DNA of 64,000 bases from Pholidichthys leucotaenia (GCA_020510985.1 CM035846.1:202651081-202715080); one strand, 5' to 3'. Positions 22,455 to 34,527 are shown, numbered from the stretch's first letter. Numbers and translations: made by a program. Notes: generated by a model from the letters alone, not told the origin.

Positions 22455-22894
22455 TGCGGTGGATGATAAAAATAGGCAGCGATGCTGTGGTTTTAAGCAG
22501 GTTTTATTATATCATACCGCCGTCACGAGCTCCGCTCCCGGCGCTGTGCATGCGCGCCGGGAGCGAGCCTAAGCGGCTCTCAGAGGAGGAGGACACAAAG
22601 TCTGTGTCCTGCAGCAGCAGTTGCAGAATCAGAATGAGATTGAGAGAGCGAGTTACAGAACCTGTGCAGTATTTATACCTAACTCAGACAATACATCAAA
22701 GAGCGGATTCACAGCAGTTGGTACGATCAAAGGGACTGCAGAACAGGCATGAGATATTTGCATTTGAAAGACCTACATAACAATAGGCAGATTTGCTAGC
22801 CTCTGCTCCAGGTGTAGGACAAAGAGGTTACAAGGCACATCTACATATTGATCTCAGCCTCTAGGTCACAGTAAGGACAGGGCGCATGAACACT

Positions 22895-22998
22895 ATACAT
22901 GAATGGCACATTACATCACAATACATGAATGGCACATTGCATCACGATACATGAATGGCACATTACATCACAATACATGAATGGTACATTACATCTCA
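22895..22998. repeat. 26-bp minisatellite (atacatgaatggcacattacatcaca), 4 units, inside the 5' LTR of C
   Basis: Read directly. Confidence 0.7.
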
Positions 22999-24496
22999 GT
23001 AGTGCAGCGGGAAAAACCAAGAGAAGAGAGCTGACTGTCCTGTGTGTTGTGGGGGGGTTGAATCAACCCGCCACACGCTCCCCCCCAGAGGGCACGGCAG
23101 GGGGCTGAGACCTCGATAATCCATCTATGGGAGCGAGCTGTGGGAGAAGCTCGCTGCAGGCGGAGGGGGAGGGAGGGGAGGGGTAGTAAGTGCCGGCAGG
23201 GGCGGTGAAATCGTCCGAGCCGCGCAAAAATTGCTTGCTGCTCCGTGATGTCGAGGGGCTGTCCCGTTGCGCGTGCGGAGATCACAAGAAGAAAAATTGG
23301 TCTCTGACTCCTCTCGTGGCCATGAAGAAAAGCAGGAGCGGCTGTAAGAAAAAAAAAATAAAAGCAGAGGGACTGGCGTGTTGACTTTAGGGCAGGCGCA
23401 ACTCTAAAGCCTCGGGAACCACAGACAGCTGAATTCCCCTTGTGTGCCGTGGCTAAGACCATAAAATCCAGTGAGCAAGCTGCGGGCCTCAGGTGTACAA
23501 GCAAGCCTGAAGGGCCAGTGTGCAGCAGAAAGAAGGCGGTCAGAAGAGCTGTATTTGTCCCATGCGTGGTGTGCCGTCCTCGTAACTCCCCGGTGCGCGC
23601 GCGGGGGTTCCGTGCGTGGGTGGGCCGCTGGAGTGGCGAGTCAGGGTGCAGAATCTTGGTGGAGATCGGCGCAGACAGCGCCGATAAAACCCAGGTTTGG
23701 GCTGTGGCTGCAGCTTGGCCATGGTGCATTGGAATTGTGGGAGGAAATAGACGATCTTTTGTCCCTCAGGCTCGTGCAGATGCGTTGGAGCGGTGGGGGG
23801 GAATAGACGATCTTTGGCACCACTCGGCCATGGTGCGTTCAGGTCCACATGTTGCGTTCTCCGCCGGCCATGGAGGATGCCGTCGCGGAGAGGGAACGAG
23901 GTGCCTGCGCTCTTGTGTGGAGGAACTGCGAGCGCGGCTGGTCCAGCGTGGATGAGCAGATCTCAGACGTGCAGATCTCATCATGAAGAACGGGTCACCA
24001 GCGCAGCTGTCCAGATCAGAAGGCTGCGTGTTCACATCACGTCGGGGTCACCAAGTGCGGCGGATGATAAAAATAGGCAGCGATGCTGTGGTTTTAAGCA
24101 GAGTTTTATTATATCATACCGCCGTCACGAGCTCCACTCCCAGCGCCGTGCATGCGCGCCGGGAGCGAGCCCAAGCGGCTCTCAGAGAAGGAGGACACAA
24201 AGTCTGTGTCCTGCAGCAACAGTTGCAGAATCAGAATGAGATTGAGAGAGCAAGTTACAGAACCTGTGCAGTATTTATACCTAACTCAGACAATACATCA
24301 AAGAGCGGATTCACAGCAGTTGGTACGATCAAAGGGACTGCAGAACAGGCATGAGATATTTGCATTTGAAAGACCTACATAACAATAGGCAGATTTGCTA
24401 GCCTCTGCTCCAGGTGTAGGACAAAGAGGTTACAAGGCACATCTACATATTGATCTCAGCCTCTAGGTCACAGTAAGGACAGGACGCATGAACACT

Positions 24497-24626
24497 ATAC
24501 ATGAATGGCACATTACATCACAATACATGAATGGCACATTGCATCACGATACATGAATGGCACATTACATCACAATACATGCATGGCACATTACATCACA
24601 ATACATGAATGGCACATTACATCTCA
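24497..24626. repeat. The same 26-bp minisatellite, 5 units, inside the 3' LTR of C
   Basis: Read directly. This accounts for the 26-bp difference in LTR length. Confidence 0.7.
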
Positions 24627-24993
24627 GTAGTGCAGCGGGAAAAACCAAGAGAAGAGAGCTGACTGTCCTGTGTGTTGTGGGGGGGTTGAATCAACCCGCC
24701 ACAATAACACCCTTCAGGATTCAACATGCTGAAAACAAGAGGCCCGTTAAAGGCCACAGCACGGGGTAGATGCCGTATTCTCACCCTGACACAGTTTAAA
24801 ATTTCCTTGTTTAAACGTAAATATCAGCCATGAGGGGTACAATCCACAAATTAAAGGAAAAATTGCAAATCATAAGATTAAAGTAATACATTTTTTGTTA
24901 ATTGTAATTTTTTTTCATTAAATGTACAACTTTTATTCATGATGTCAATATTAATAGGTCATAATATTATGCTCCCTTGCTTTTAGCATGGAT

Positions 24994-26360
24994 CTAATTC
25001 GTACTAGTACATACCCGTGCATGCCCATAGAAACCAAGTATAAGCAAGTATTTCTGCATGCCCGTAGAAAGCAGGTGTAAGCAAGCACGTCAGCACTCAT
25101 TCAGTGATGCCTGCCTTTGAGCTTTAATGGTGTCTTGGTGAGTCCTGTGATCTGTGATGATGTCATAGCGTCCTATGATCTTTGCTGATGGCATAGCGAT
25201 GATGTATTGCTTCGAAGGAGTGTAAGATTTTCAGATTTACACACAAACTGACAGATTTCTTGAATTTATCAAGTGATATTTTTTAAGATTTCCAGATTTA
25301 CTGCTTGGAATGGGTGTGGTTTAAAGTGTTGTGTCCTATTGTGTATATGATGGCAGGGTCCTTTTGTCTATATGACGGCATCGCGAGTCCTGATGTTCCT
25401 TGTATATGACATGATAAAGCCATCAAGGACAGCATCATATCCTACGATGTCAAACAGGCATCACTGTATATGGCATCATAAAGACATGAAGGCAGGCTTG
25501 ATGTCCTATGATGCAGACATCATAGGGCGTCCTATGATGTTCTATGGTCGTGATACACAGACAGACAGACACACACACACATAAACAGAGATTTCTTGAA
25601 TTTATAGAGTGATATGACGGCATCACGAGTCCTACGATGCCTGAGTTCATAGGGGCATCATAGGACATCATGCAGACATCATAGGCCGTCCTCTGAATGC
25701 CTGAGATCATAGGATCCTCATAGCTCATAGCAAGTGCTATGATCGTGAGTGATGTCTGCCGTTGATCACATAGTCAAAGACAGCTGTCTATATGTCTATA
25801 TGACATCATATAGCCGTCCTAACTATAGATCATTGGAATGTCACAGGTCATAGCAAGTGCAGTGATCGTAAGTGATTCTGCGGTTGATCACATACTCAAA
25901 GACACCTGTCTATATGTCTCTATGACGTTATATAGCCATCCTATCTATAGATCATCGGAACGTCATAGATCATAGCAAGTCCTATGATCGTGAGTGATGC
26001 CTCCTGTTGATCACATAGTGAAAGACACCTGTCTATATGTCTCTATGATGTCATGTAGACATCATATCTATATGATGGCATCACGAGTCCTATGACGTCA
26101 GAGATCATGGGATCATCGTGAATGATGCCTGCCGTTGATCACATAGTGAAAGACACCTGTCTATATGTCTATGTGATGTCATATAGACTCTACATGATGT
26201 CACCTGTCTATATGTCTATATGACGTCATATAGACGTCATAGCTTTATGATGTCATCGCGAGTCCTATGATGGTTGAGATCATAGGGTCATCACAGGACA
26301 TCAGGCAGACATCATAGACAGTCCTATGATTGTGACAGACAGAGATTTCTTGAATTTATA
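24994..26360 (-). mobile_element. Helitron-like element copy 2 (3' terminus CTAG at 24994..24997, next to A on the plus strand, which is T on the minus strand). Its body appears to carry the satellite. The 5' limit is uncertain.
   Basis: Terminal sequence shared with 4441..4508 and 63894... The extended similarity includes ...cagtgatgcctgcctttgag.... Confidence 0.3.
25130..26345. repeat. Complex satellite with degenerate monomers of about 115-120 bp (core 25728..26230), full of short palindromes (cgtcctatgatg / catcataggacg, gtctatatgtctatatgac)
   Basis: Four clear monomers begin with catagcaagt.. or catcgtgaatgat... The flanking motif agagatttcttgaatttatagagtgata occurs at 25588 and 26342. 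Confidence 0.6.
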
Positions 26361-26499
26361 GAGTGATAAGAGTGATTTATTCAATATGGAAGCCCATTCT
26401 CGCCACTGTGGAAAAAAAAAAAACGCATCCTGTAAGTCATATGACTTAGCATCTCATGATTATGACATAGTGATTTTTTGGTGCACCCATAATTTAGTC

Positions 26500-26715
26500 A
26501 TTACGGTAAAAGTACGTGAACAATCAGCCAATCAGCGCTCTCCTACATGCTGGCGTCTGAGCAGCTGCTCGGATGATTGCGAGCTTTACTGGAAATCAGC
26601 TGCGGCGCTCGGCCTCGCAGGGCTTCAGAAACAGAAAATAATTCTGCTTTACATCTTTTGGTAACGCTGCACAGCCAGCTCTCAGTCCGACGTGGTGAAA
26701 TTTGTGGGCTTTGCG
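26500..26715 (+). promoter_or_regulatory. tep1: Candidate tep1 promoter and non-coding exon 1: a CCAAT box at 26528..26532, CpG-containing sequence, and a consensus donor GCG|GTGAGT at 26716
   Basis: ccaatcagccaatcagcgc, then the donor gtgagt. Exon 2, with the ATG, has its acceptor 980 bp downstream. Confidence 0.3.
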
Positions 26716-27699
26716 GTGAGTTTATCTGCCTCTCGTAGCCAGAAACCACGCCTATGGAAACTCTTGAGTCATTGTAAATTACGTTGGGAACCATGGCTTC
26801 TTCCTGATTAAATGTTCACTTGTGTTGTAGTGTCGGTTAATAAATGTTAATTGTTGATACGGTTTCCCATGTTCGTGTTAAATGCACGGCTGTATACCAC
26901 GCTTTCTGTTGCTTTAGTCGATGTCTTGTAGGATACGCCTAAACTTAAAAAAACCTGAACCTTTAATTAAGTTTTGAAGCCCTCTGCTGCTACTTAAATT
27001 AACTTAAACCATCTGGTTTAATTATTTACATCCACAAAAATCTTTGCTAAGGCCTAAAGAGGAGCCCTTTGTCAGTATATGCACCGTAACCTAATGCAAT
27101 TTGTATCACTAGTTTCAGCTTTTCTCCTTTTTTTAGGAAATATATATTTTTTTGAAATTAGAATTTAATTTAATTGAAAAGCATCCAAAACTTGGTAACC
27201 TGAAAAACTGCAAGGTCAGAACTCAAAACCATCACACCTGAGAAAAATGAGACATAGTTTAATTTTTTTTAATAACAAAAAACATCTCATCTTTGAGCCT
27301 GAAAATCATGCCACTGAATTTGTTTGAAAATTCTCTCCTGGATTTTAATGCAGCAGGAAATAAGCTCTGCAAAGCCTGCACATATTTATTTAGACCAGTT
27401 GTTGACACCAGTTGATTTTTTTAAAGGGGTGTCAGAGGTTACAAAATCTAGTTGGTGCATGTGCTCCATTGCCCTTATGTTTGCTCAGGTTGCTGTGAGA
27501 ATATTGTTCTCCATATCTGTTAACTCCCTCTGTCTGTTGGTTGGCTGTCAGACTTTGCTCTCTTTGACTGGATGGCTTTAGTGACACACCCTTTAAACAC
27601 TGCAGCACAATACTTTGTTAGAGAGTAGAAAGAATGCTGCAGAACTGCTGAGCTGTACACTTAATGCTGTCTGGTATTATATGTTGTTTCTCTGCAGAG

Positions 27700-28236
27700 A
27701 TGAGGGCGGCAACTTTGCAGCAGACTGCTGTCCAGCAAGGAGAGCAGCCGCAGCTGTGGCATGCTACGTGTGGGTCAAGCTTGTCCTCCAACTATTGTCG
27801 TCCAGATTTGGAGAACAAGTTTTTAGCACAGCCCCGCTCGCCTCTCATAAGCTTTCCAACTCAGCCTTCCTCTTTCCCCTCGCTCCAGCCCTCCATACTC
27901 CAGACCCCCAGAACCTTTCCTACCTCATTTTCCCTCCAGCCCACCACAGTCTCTTCAACCTCGTCCCCCTCTTTCTCCAGCTCTCCTTGTGTCTCCTTTA
28001 CCTCACCCCTTCTCAGTACCGAGAATAAGCTGCTGACTAGTGTGTCGAGCTGTTCCTCTAAAGCTGTTGGCACTCTGCTCTCCAAACCCCTGACCAGCAG
28101 TGCTTTGGTCAATCGCTTTGCTCAAGCGCCTTCATTCCTCAATAGTGGTCTCACTGGTGAGCAGAAAGGGAATTTTGGAGAAGATGAAGAGGAAATATCT
28201 GAAGTGATGCTGACCAGTTTTGAAGAATCTAGTGTG
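27700..28236 (+). CDS. tep1: tep1 exon 2 coding part (ATG at 27700 straight after the acceptor ...tgtttctctgcag; donor GTG|gtatgt). It encodes a Ser/Pro/Thr-rich N-terminal region of 179 codons.
   Basis: Open frame bounded by consensus splice sites. ...RPDLENKFLAQP... resembles the TEP1 N-terminal repeats. Confidence 0.5.
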
Positions 28237-28594
28237 GTATGTGAAACATTGCACATTTCGGAGTAAAATTGCAAGGGCTTCTAATCCTGTATGATTTAAA
28301 CGACTTAAAGCCCCAGTAGGCAACACATTCACACAGCAAGCGACAACTAGCCTCCTACAGCTACACAAACGAGTAGCTGCTTTGTACTTGTTTGCAGATT
28401 TTTGAATTCATCTGACATGACAGCTATGTAGAGAAAACTTGACAATTCCTGGGATGTGAAGAGAATTTTTCCACATTTGATACCAAAGAGTACTGCATCT
28501 AAAACAGATTACCTACTGGGGCTTTAATTTACATTTTTCATGCACCTCTTTTGGCAGTATTGCAGCTTTAATGCAGCTTAATTTGCATCATCAG

Positions 28595-28795
28595 CTTTCT
28601 GACGATGATGATTCCATGTATGACGCGGGGAAGGAAGTGGAAGAGGTGGATGCTGGGACAGCCATGGAGTTTTCTGTACTGGAAACGGAGTTGAGCAGCC
28701 AGGAGCTTGAACAGAGTGTGGCCATCAGGGAGGAGGAGTTTGGTGAGGTAGAAAGGAAAAATGAGGACACCGAAGAAGAGCTTAAAAAGGATAAG
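28595..28795 (+). CDS. tep1: tep1 exon 3 (acidic region; an alternative in-frame acceptor lies at 28577)
   Basis: In phase with exons 2 and 4. Donor AAG|gtgaaa. Confidence 0.45.
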
Positions 28796-28915
28796 GTGAA
28801 ACGGTGTATTTTATTTATATGCTGTGTTTATCGTTTTAATATGTGGGCATATCGGAGTATCTGTACATTCATATACTACTCTTAAAAACACTGATTCCCT
28901 GTCTGTGTTTGTCAG

Positions 28916-29065
28916 TATCTCCTGCTGAACGCCGTGTGTTGCTCACTGGTTAATAAGAGCACGACTCCAGGACAGAAGGACTGGGATTCAGAGGACAGTG
29001 TCTGGACCAGAATAAAAAGTCTGTCTGGAAAAATTTCTGAGTCCGATCCAGAGTTTCTCCTCAAG
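28916..29065 (+). CDS. tep1: tep1 exon 4 (YLLLNAVCCSLVNK...ESDPEFLLK)
   Basis: Acceptor tgtttgtcag. Donor AAG|gtgtgt. Matches the recalled human TEP1 ...LLSLLCSTLV...LLEPEFILK. Confidence 0.6.
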
Positions 29066-29261
29066 GTGTGTGTGCATATCTGTCTGGGCAAGTATGTCCA
29101 TGGGTGTGTATAACCTGATTATAGCTTCTGAGTCTCTAATTAAACTAGTCTGTTAACATTTCATCAAAGGAACATCCATAACTCTGTTTTATCTCTGTCT
29201 CAATTTTTCTTTCTTATACATTGTGCCCCCTTAGGTGAGGAAGCATAGTGCAGTTACAGTA

Positions 29262-29335
29262 TATAAGATAAGCCTTTATTAGTCCCACAATGGGGAAATT
29301 CCAGATACATTCCATAAAAAGGCAAATTGCTCCAG
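29262..29335 (-). mobile_element. Short 3'-tail fragment of an L2-like LINE (same tail as 60337..)
   Basis: gataagcctttattagtcccacaatggggaaattccag is shared with 60350..60395. Confidence 0.4.
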
Positions 29336-30582
29336 TTTCTTTGAAAAAAAAAAAAAATGTCCATCAGCTATGCAGCCTACCTCTCTTGACTGTAAATATG
29401 TTGTCTGTTTTATTCATAAACACCATATAATCATGCAAGAATATTTATCCATACTTGGTGTAAAGTAATTGCTGGCAACATTGCATTTTGGATAATGAAG
29501 AATGCATACCTCCACCAAGGATGAATATTTTTCTGCATAGCTTCATTTAGATGAGCTGCAGTGCAAGAGGATCTTAAAACGAAGCTGTTTAAACTTTGGG
29601 GTGTGGTGTCCTGTTCACTGTCCTGTGCATTAAAAAGGTTTTCATTTGGCAGGGGTAATCAGCAAGGAAAATTTGGGGGAAGAACTGTCATCAAGTGCAT
29701 ATGTGGGGAGGGGGGAATGGTAGAAAAGAAACGCAGTGAATTGTTCAGTTAATTGTGATGCTGATTTGAGGTCACATTATGTGGCCCTGGAGGCACAGCA
29801 GTTTGACTGCAGGTGTAACGGCCATCCATTATGCAGGCATTCACTGTCATGAATGACCATACTTAACTGCGACCATGCCTTTCATTTTTACAGCAGTAAA
29901 TGACTAGTTAAAAAGGAACTGATCTGGGAAAAGCAACACTTGAACATGCAGTTCGTCAGCACAATAAAAACTACTCTCAAGAACAGAAACAACATTTTAG
30001 AAAAAATATACTTGATTATTTTTCTTTTCCAGCTTGGCAAAGGGCTAAGATGAAGAACAGTGTAAATAATAGGGAAAGGAGGGGATTATCATCTTTTTGC
30101 AGCAAGTTGCCAGAAGTTGATTTAGATGGCTCCTGCGTCACTTTTGGAGAGCTTTCCAGGTGTCAGTGTTTATATACAGTCAGTGGTTGTATCATGTGAC
30201 TGCTGTGCCTTTTTTAATACTGACATGAGCATATCTACGTGAAGCCAAGAGAGCCACAAAGGTGATCCAAGTCTAAAAATATAGAAAACTTCTTTTATGG
30301 GTTTCTGAAATTGACAATTGTATGTATTCACTTTCTGATAAGGTCTCAAGTTGTCTCGCAGCCTCTAACATTGTTGTATAACTTCCTGCTCCCAGGAACA
30401 AAATTGGGTAGCGAGTAAAATTTTCAATTTGCATTCTCATATGCATCTCACTGTGTTCCAAGTACTCACTTGAGATGCAAATTCATGGTAGCAAATTTCC
30501 CTAAGTGCGAATGTTCTTCTTGGACTTCAGTTCAGCATTCACACAATCATCCTCCAGCACCTGATACAAAAACTCAAGACAC

Positions 30583-30840
30583 TTGGGACTCAAAACCTCT
30601 CTCTGTAACTGGGTGCTGGACTTTCTCACAAGGAGGCCACAGAACATGCAGGTTGGCAGCAACACCTCCAAGACCATCACACTGAGCACAGGGGCCTCAC
30701 AAGGGTGCATGCTCACCCCGCTGCTCTTCACCCTGCTGACCCATGACTGCATACCAGTCTACAGTACCAAGCACATCATCAAGTTTGCAGATGACATGAC
30801 TGTGGAGGGCCTCATCACCAACAATGAGGAGGCCAACTAA
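30583..30840 (+). CDS. LINE #4 RT fragment ORF
   Basis: RT motifs 4-5 ([14 protein letters not shown]). Confidence 0.6.
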   Translation: MGLKTSLCNWVLDFLTRRPQNMQVGSNTSKTITLSTGASQGCMLTPLLFTLLTHDCIPVYSTKHIIKFADDMTVEGLITNNEEAN

Positions 30841-31005
30841 CTAACTAACCTGCACTTATATAGCGCTTTTCTAGTCACAAAGACCACTCAAAGCGCTTTC
30901 ACTAGTAATAACCCTCTATTCTAAGGGCCTATAGGAAACCGATATCTAGGGACAATTTAGAACAGCCATTTAACCTAACATGCATGTCTTTGGATTGAGC
31001 CAACT
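30841..31005 (-). mobile_element. SINE fragment (a 3'-tail variant with GCGCTATATAAGTGCAGG), 5'-truncated, nested in LINE #4
   Basis: ctagggacaatttagaa...cctaacatgcatgtctttgga matches the SINE core tail. Confidence 0.5.
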
Positions 31006-31233
31006 GGTCCAGTGATGTAAAGACAACAATCTCTTCCTGAACGTGGGAAAAACCAAGGAGATTGTGGTCGACTTCAGGAGGGGACACACACAGTATCCCC
31101 CTCTGAGCATTAATGGAGCAGCTGTGTGGAGAGGGTGAGCAGCACCAAGTTGCTGGGGGTGCACATCTCTGAGGAGCTCTGCTGGTCCAACAACACCACA
31201 TCACTGGCCAAGAAGGCTCAAACTTGCCTCTAT

Positions 31234-31566
31234 TTTTTTTTAATATATATTTTGATCCCCAGAGGGAAATTCAGGGCATCCACGTGGATGGATGAGGCAG
31301 CCACAGTGTGGCGCCAATCCCTTCACCATTCACACACACATTCACACCTAGGGCCACTTTAGAGACTTCAGTTAGCCTAACTTGCATGTTTTTGGCCTGT
31401 GGGAGGAAACCGGAGTACCCAGGGTAAACCCATGCAGACACAGGGAGAACATGCAAACTCCACACAGAAGAGTCACTGATGGTCAGGGGGTGGGATTGAA
31501 CCCACAACCTTCTTACTGTGCTGCCACAGTGCTAACCAGTGCTAACCACTGCTCCACCGAGCTGCA
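31234..31566 (-). mobile_element. Complete tRNA-derived SINE with a poly(A) tail, nested in LINE #4
   Basis: Reverse complement reads GCAGCTCGGTGGAGCAGTGGTTAGCAC...GGGTTCAATCCC...TTAAAAAAAAA. Confidence 0.7.
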
Positions 31567-32772
31567 AAATTCTACCGGAGCACCATTGAGAGCATCCTCA
31601 CCAGCTGCATCACGGTGTGGTATGGAAGCTACACTGCCTCCTGCCGGAAGACACTACAACGCACAGTGAAAGCAGCCAGCAAGATCATTGGTGCCCCCTT
31701 TGCCCCCCCTCTTGGACATCTACCTCACCCGCAGAGCCATCAACGTTGTAGGCAACACTTCCCACCCTTCACACTCCCTCTTCAGCCCCCTGCCCTCGAG
31801 GAAAAGGTACCGGAGCCTCCAGGCCCGGTCCACAAGACTGCTAAACAACTTGGTTCACCAGGTCATCAGGACCCTGAACTCTGTTCACTTCCTCCCCACC
31901 CCCGGACCGTAACGCACTCACCAGCACAATAACTACCTTAGCTGTTGGCACAGAAAGACTGGCACATCAACAGTAACACATCTATATCTTCTGCTGTATG
32001 TCTCTGCTCTTTACTGCAACCATTTGCATAAATGCCATATCTGCTGCTGTTATTGCAATATTGATGTGAAGTTCAGTCTGTCACTGTTTGCACCTACACT
32101 ACCACATCGAACTTGCAACTATAAGTGTTACTGCTTTACTTTTTCTGTATATAGGATTGCTGGGTTTTATCATTTATCTTTATTTGCACTATGGGATGTC
32201 TGGACTTTATCTTTTGTGACTATTTGGACTAGGGATAGCTTTACTGTACATAGACTGCTGGTGGTGTTTTTCCAGCCGTATTCCTTTTTTATATTGCACA
32301 CACCATTTAAGAGAGAGAAACGGCATTTAATTCTCCTGTATGTCCTGTACGTATAGTAGTATTGACGAATAAAATCTTTGAATTTATTCAAAGTCAGCAC
32401 AAGTGATGTAGGTCTGTTGAAATGAATTTTCATGTTGACGTCCTAAGGGCTGTGCACACAACGTTTTTACCCCAAGCTATGGAAGTTCATCCATAGTTTA
32501 TTTATCCGTGCATATGATGCTGGGTATTTGGAGGTGTGAAAGTGTAGCGATTTGAAACCAGTCTCCAGAGTGGAGAGGTTTTATCAGCACTGTTTTTCCG
32601 TGTCCATGTGCACAGATATAAACAGCAGTGGTATGTTAAAGCTGGAATTTACAATAGGTTTCAGCCAGTCTACACACCAAGGAGCAGTCTCATAGAAATA
32701 CACACTCCATGATTAAATTTTAAACCTGGTGTGTTAGTTAGGATTAGGTTTAAGAAAGGGCTCTTAACAGTA

Positions 32773-34527
32773 TACAGTGGGGCAAAAAAGTATTTAGTCA
32801 GCCACCAATTGTGCAAGTTCTCCCACTTAAAAGATGAGAGAGGGCTCCAATTTTCATCATAGGTATACCTCAACTATGAGAGACAAAATAAGGAAAAAAA
32901 AATCCAGAAAATCACATTGAAGGATTTTTAATGAATTGATTGGTAAATTCCTCGGTAAAATAAGTATTTGATCAATAACAAAAGTTCATCTCAATACTTT
33001 TATATACCCTTTGTTGGCAATAACAGAGGTCAAACGTTTTCTGTAAGTCTTCACAAGGTTTTCACACACTGTTGCTGGTATTTTGGCCCATTCCTCCATG
33101 CAGATCTCCTCTAGAGCAGTGATGTTTTGGGGCTGTCACTGGGCAACACGGACTTTCAACTCCCTCCAAAGATTTTCTATGGGGTTGAGATCTGGAGACT
33201 GGCTAGGCCACTCCAGGACCTTGAAATGCTTCTTACGAAGCCACTCCTTCGTTGCCTGGGCGGTGTGTTTGGGATCATTGTCATGCTGAAAGACCCAGCC
33301 ACGTTTCATCTTCAATGCCCTTGCTGATGGAAGGAGGTTTTCACTCAAAATATCACGATACATGGCCCCATTCATTCTTTCCTTTACACGGATCAGTCGT
33401 TCTGGTCCCTTTGCAGAAAAACAGCCCCAGAGCATGATGTTTCCACCCCCATGCTTCACAGTAGGTATGGTGTTCTTTCTCCTCCAAACACGACAAGTTG
33501 AGTTTTTACAATAAAGTTCTATTTTGGTTTCATCTGACCATATGACATTCTCCCAATCCTCTTCTGGATCATCCAAATGCTCTCTAGCAAACTTCAGACG
33601 GGCCTGGACATGTACTGGCTTAAGCAGGGGGACACGTCAGGCACTGCAGGATTTGAGTCCCTGGCGGCGTAGTGTGTTACTGATGGTAGCCTTTGTTACT
33701 TTGGTCCCAGCTTTCTGCAGTTCATTCACTAGGTCCCGCCATGTGGTTCTGGGATTTTTGCTCACCGTTCTCATGATCATTTTGACCCCATGGGGTGAGA
33801 TCTTGCGTGGAGCCCCAGATCGAGGGAGATTATCAGTGGCCTTGTATGTCTTCCATTTTCTAATAATTGCTCCCACAGTTGATTTCTTCACACCAAGCTG
33901 CTTACCTATTGCAGATTCAGTCTTCCCAGCCCGGTGCAGGTCTACAATTTTGTTTTTGGTGTCCTTTGACAGCTCTTTGGTCTTGGCCATAGTGGAGTTT
34001 GGAGTCTGACTGTTTGAGGTTGTGGACAGGTGTCTTTTATACTGATAAAGAGTTCAAACAGGTGCCATTAATACAGGTAACGAGTGGAGGACAGAGGAGC
34101 CTCTTAAAGAAGAAGTTACAGGTCTGTGAGAGCCAGAAATCTTGCTTGTTTGTAGGTGACCAAATACTTATTTTCAGAATCAGATTTATTGCCATTGTTC
34201 ATGTAGTACACAAACTAGGAATTTGTCTCGGTGCAATGCTGCAGCATTAAACATGGAGTAGCACTAAAGATAAAAATAAACTATGCATGCAATAAAATGT
34301 AGAATATGAATGAGTAATACTAATCTATGCAATTTAAAATATATTTTACCAAGGAATTTACCAATTAATTCATTAAAAATCCTTCAATGTGATTTTCTGG
34401 ATTTTTTTTTCTCATTTTGTCTCTTAGTTGAGGTATACCTATGATGAAAATTGGAGACTTCTCATCTTTTAAGTGGGAGAATTTGCACAACTGGTGGCTG
34501 ACTAAATACTTTTTTTTCCCCACTGTA
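32773..34527 (-). mobile_element. Tc1-like DNA transposon A with long IR/DR termini (CAGTGGGGCAAAAAAGTATTTAGTCAGCCACC...) and TA flanks
   Basis: The terminal inverted repeats 32775.. and ..34525 match over about 200 bp. Confidence 0.8.
33136..33990 (-). pseudogene. Tc1 transposase split into an N-terminal HTH ORF (33637..33990) and a C-terminal DDE ORF (33136..33576) by a frameshift
   Basis: ...[12 protein letters not shown]...[10 protein letters not shown]...[15 protein letters not shown]... Confidence 0.75.

Larger units (their letters stand above)
22455..24702 (+). mobile_element. Non-autonomous LTR element C (LARD/TRIM-like). Its LTRs are 22455..23075 and 24056..24702 (TGCGG...GCCACA). 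The internal region 23076..24055 is GC- and CpG-rich. The TSD is ATAA at 22451..22454 and 24703..24706.
   Basis: The two LTRs are about 98% identical apart from the minisatellite copy number. The paralogous site in G1 is uninterrupted. Confidence 0.6.
30480..32395 (+). mobile_element. L2-like LINE #4, 5'-truncated in the RT, with two nested SINE insertions, a C-terminal ORF region and a 3' UTR
   Basis: [23 protein letters not shown]...[20 protein letters not shown]...[14 protein letters not shown]...NNLFLNVGKTKEIVVDFRR...FYRSTIESILTSCITVWYG... Confidence 0.65.

Noticed and set aside
23440-23955. 171-aa ORF and overlapping ORFs inside element C
   Set aside because: They lie in the GC-rich non-coding interior of a non-autonomous LTR element. 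Their composition is low-complexity and Arg/Ala/Gly-rich, they have no recognizable domain, and open ORFs overlap on both strands, as expected in GC-rich DNA.
26386-26664. 92-aa ORF upstream of tep1 exon 1
   Set aside because: It overlaps the putative promoter and 5' UTR and has no homology. It is more likely non-coding leader sequence.
27615-28028. 137-aa ORF overlapping tep1 exon 2 in another frame
   Set aside because: The frame starting at ATG 27700 is the one bounded by the acceptor and donor and in phase with downstream exons. This ORF is an alternative frame of Ser/Pro-rich sequence.
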